Origin: Podarcis gaigeae
Lineage: Eukaryota
Assembly: GCA_964106915.2 (NCBI GenBank)
Contig: OZ066920.1
Strand: one strand, 5' to 3'
Length of the DNA stretch: 64,000 bases
Under the pieces are notes generated by a model that searched no databases, was not told the DNA's origin, and worked only from the letters and a program-made list of their open reading frames with translations. The position numbers were made by a program, and so were the translations under genes. Shown here piece after piece: positions 61,576 through 64,000 of this stretch. Position 1 is the stretch's first letter. Every line of letters begins with the position of its first letter.

Positions 61576-63085
61576 CTAAGAAAAAACAGTATTAATATGG
61601 TGCATGAACTATGAATAAAACAATGTATAGATTTGCAAAATAGCATGTATCCCAATACAGAACCGAGTTAGATTATCAGAGTATCACCCATCAGCTGGCA
61701 GAGTGGGAGGCACTAAATTTAATGACCTGCTTTGCATTCTGGCACCTGATTGGCAGTATTTGTAGGATCTAACTGAGAATTCTTGTACACATAGGAATTG
61801 GGCAGGGGAACTTTACACACAGCATCCATTATACTGTACACATGATTTGGGTTCTAGCCAGAGCAGGAAAAATGAGTACAGCAAAACTTTGCTTGATTAT
61901 ATTATCTTGACATTAATCATGGATACATCCATTTTAATATCTCCTGATTTCAGTGTGTTACAACACAGCCATTACTCAACACATAAAACTGAATAAACCG
62001 AGGATGTGGCCACTGTCACACATGAACTGCTTCTGGTAAAGTTTGACTGCTACTCTTTGTGGACCTGCCTTTGAATTCTATTTGGCCACCGTGGATGGTC
62101 CAGGATATGGCAGCAAGGGTTTTAACCTGAACTTTCCACATAAAAACATTGTGATGACTTTTTGTCAATTTTGCTGGTTTCCATTAGATTTCTGGACCCA
62201 AAGTTTTGCTACTGAGCTTTGAAGCTCTAAATAGCATCTGTCCAGCATAACTTAAAACAACCTTCTTCCATACAATTTTGCCCATTCACTCAGATAAAAA
62301 GGTTCTTCTCTGTGTTTCGCCAACATTTTAGGTCTAGTGTGTGATTACACAATACAGAGCCAAGGTTGATTTCTTATTCAAAGTACATGTACCTATTGTC
62401 CTTAGGCAGCAAGCTTTCTTTGTTTATAGCATTTCTAAGGAAGCAGATAGGTGATGTTCCTGGATTCCCCTTACCCATTTAGCTTTAATGGTTTGTTGTT
62501 ATTTGCTCTGTGCTGTAATTACGTTGGTTTTAGCACAGTTTATTTTTATTTGGATGTAGGCTGGCTGGTAGATAATTTGATGGAAAGGTGGGCCATAAAT
62601 ACATACATAAAGAAATATGATGGTTAAATATGAAATATCAGTTTTCATATATACATGTTTGTATACACACACACACACGTATTGATCCGAGCTATTTCAT
62701 TTGATTTGCAGCATAAGTGAATGAACCATCTGCATTTCCCCCACTTGATTCGAAAACCAAAACCAGGAGACCCAGTCCATTTCAACAAACAATAAAGTGA
62801 CACCTTGTTGAACAGCCAGCAGTGTTATATTTAGCTCTTCCAAAACAAAGTTACAACTAAATCTGTCTCTTCTATCAATCTTCTCATAAAAGGCTGCCTG
62901 TCAGCACCTTCTGTGATGGACAATTTAGACTAGTGCACACAGGTGCACATTAAATATAAATGGTGCTGAACTTTAAGACAAAGTCGGGAGTGATACCTTC
63001 ACAAATTATTTGTTGTTTGGCATTTATACTGCACTTAGACTTGGTACATGTGTATAGAACATCTTAAAACAGAGGAAACTTGTGC

Positions 63086-63155
63086 CTCCTGAATGCAGGG
63101 AGTTGGACTAGATGACCCTCAGGGTCCCTTCCATCTCTACAATTCTATGATTCTA
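63086..63155 (+). mobile_element. CR1 3' end (heavily 5'-truncated)
   Basis: GTTGGACTAGATGACCCTCAGGGTCCCTTCC hairpin followed by the ATTCTATGATTCTA terminal repeat. Confidence 0.85.
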
Positions 63156-63939
63156 GGGGAAAGCAAGGAGCAATTTCACTGCAGCAAAACTGGAACAACC
63201 TTTCCCACTTTTTCAGCTGCTCTGTATGAGATGCTGCAGTTATTCCATGTCCTTGTTCAGGCAACCTGCAGAGATGTGATGAAAACCAAGCAGTGTGCTT
63301 GGCTCAGACAATAAATATATTTATGTTCAGATATAAATAAAAAGCTGCACATTTAAGATGGACCATTTAATCTCTGATGAGGAAAATTCCAGGAGAAGTA
63401 AATCATTTGCTAATCTGGGGTTGCAACACTCCTACTCTTACTGTGTCCTAATAGTTTGCACTAACTGCCGAGAGTCTCAAATATCCTGGAGTTTCCATAT
63501 CTTTTTTCATTGAAACCCATAAAGCAGCATGATTAAATGAAACGCATCCCAATGCAATATAAGGAATTCCTCAGAAGAGGCCGCTACAGCCTGTTCGCCC
63601 ACAGCTCTTGTAATTTCTCTATGCTTGTATTAATGCAGTACCCTTCAAGTACATGCATGACATTTGTTTAATCAATGATGAACAAGAGCTGTCAGATCAG
63701 GTTCACTGCATTTGGTATCCCAAAGCAAAACACCTGTTCAGACCCTCCCTCATTCTTTCCATTGGGAGCTAAGTGCACAAAGTGCGATTCTATGCACATT
63801 TACTCCAAAGCAAGTTACATTGCATTCAGTGGGGCTTACTTGCAAGTAAGTTTGGATGGAACTGCCGCCTAAAGACCTAATGGAATCCCAATAAAGTACA
63901 TTATTACATGGATTTCTAAACCATACATATTGATATATA

Positions 63940-64000
63940 CAGTGGTGCCCCGCAAGACGAACGCCTCGCAAGACGAAAAACCCGCTAGACGAAAGAAGAA
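63940..64000. mobile_element. Start of a Tc1/mariner (Tigger-like) element, cut by the window edge
   Basis: TA|CAGTGGTGCCCCGCAAGACGAA with subterminal CGCAAGACGAA repeats. Confidence 0.7.

Noticed and set aside
61576-64000. Search for the next upstream MYOM1 exon (…GWPEPRVTW)
   Set aside because: Not found; the cttaccca motif at ~62470 does not translate to myomesin sequence, so the exon presumably lies beyond the window.

Overview
Vertebrate nuclear DNA, almost certainly from a squamate (probably a lacertid-type lizard), judged from five Sauria SINE copies, other tRNA-SINEs and CR1/RTE/Penelope/MITE content. Most of the window is the 3' part of myomesin-1 (MYOM1) on the minus strand. I traced 33 coding exons by hand (61575 down to the TGA at 13135-13137). 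All have GT-AG boundaries and consistent phases, giving about 1387 codons covering domains My2-My13 and the alternatively spliced EH exon (40784-41101). The 5' exons lie beyond the right edge. The canonical poly(A) signal is at 12639-12644. A CpG island at ~4540-5500 is the promoter/first exon(s) of the next minus-strand gene, probably LPIN2 by recalled amniote synteny; none of its coding sequence was recognised. Main unexplained signals: (1) a chain of exon-like segments downstream of the MYOM1 poly(A) site (12494-12520, 11847-11950, 10873-10946) that could encode an alternative acidic C-terminal tail like the avian heart 'H' isoform, with a one-substitution-dead donor in the terminal exon; (2) an intact-looking minimal type I hammerhead ribozyme (50923-50960) in a Penelope-like insertion; (3) an in-frame internal consensus donor in the EH exon; (4) elastic helix linkers encoded as frame-symmetric mini-exons. 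Most of the supplied ORF track is spurious.
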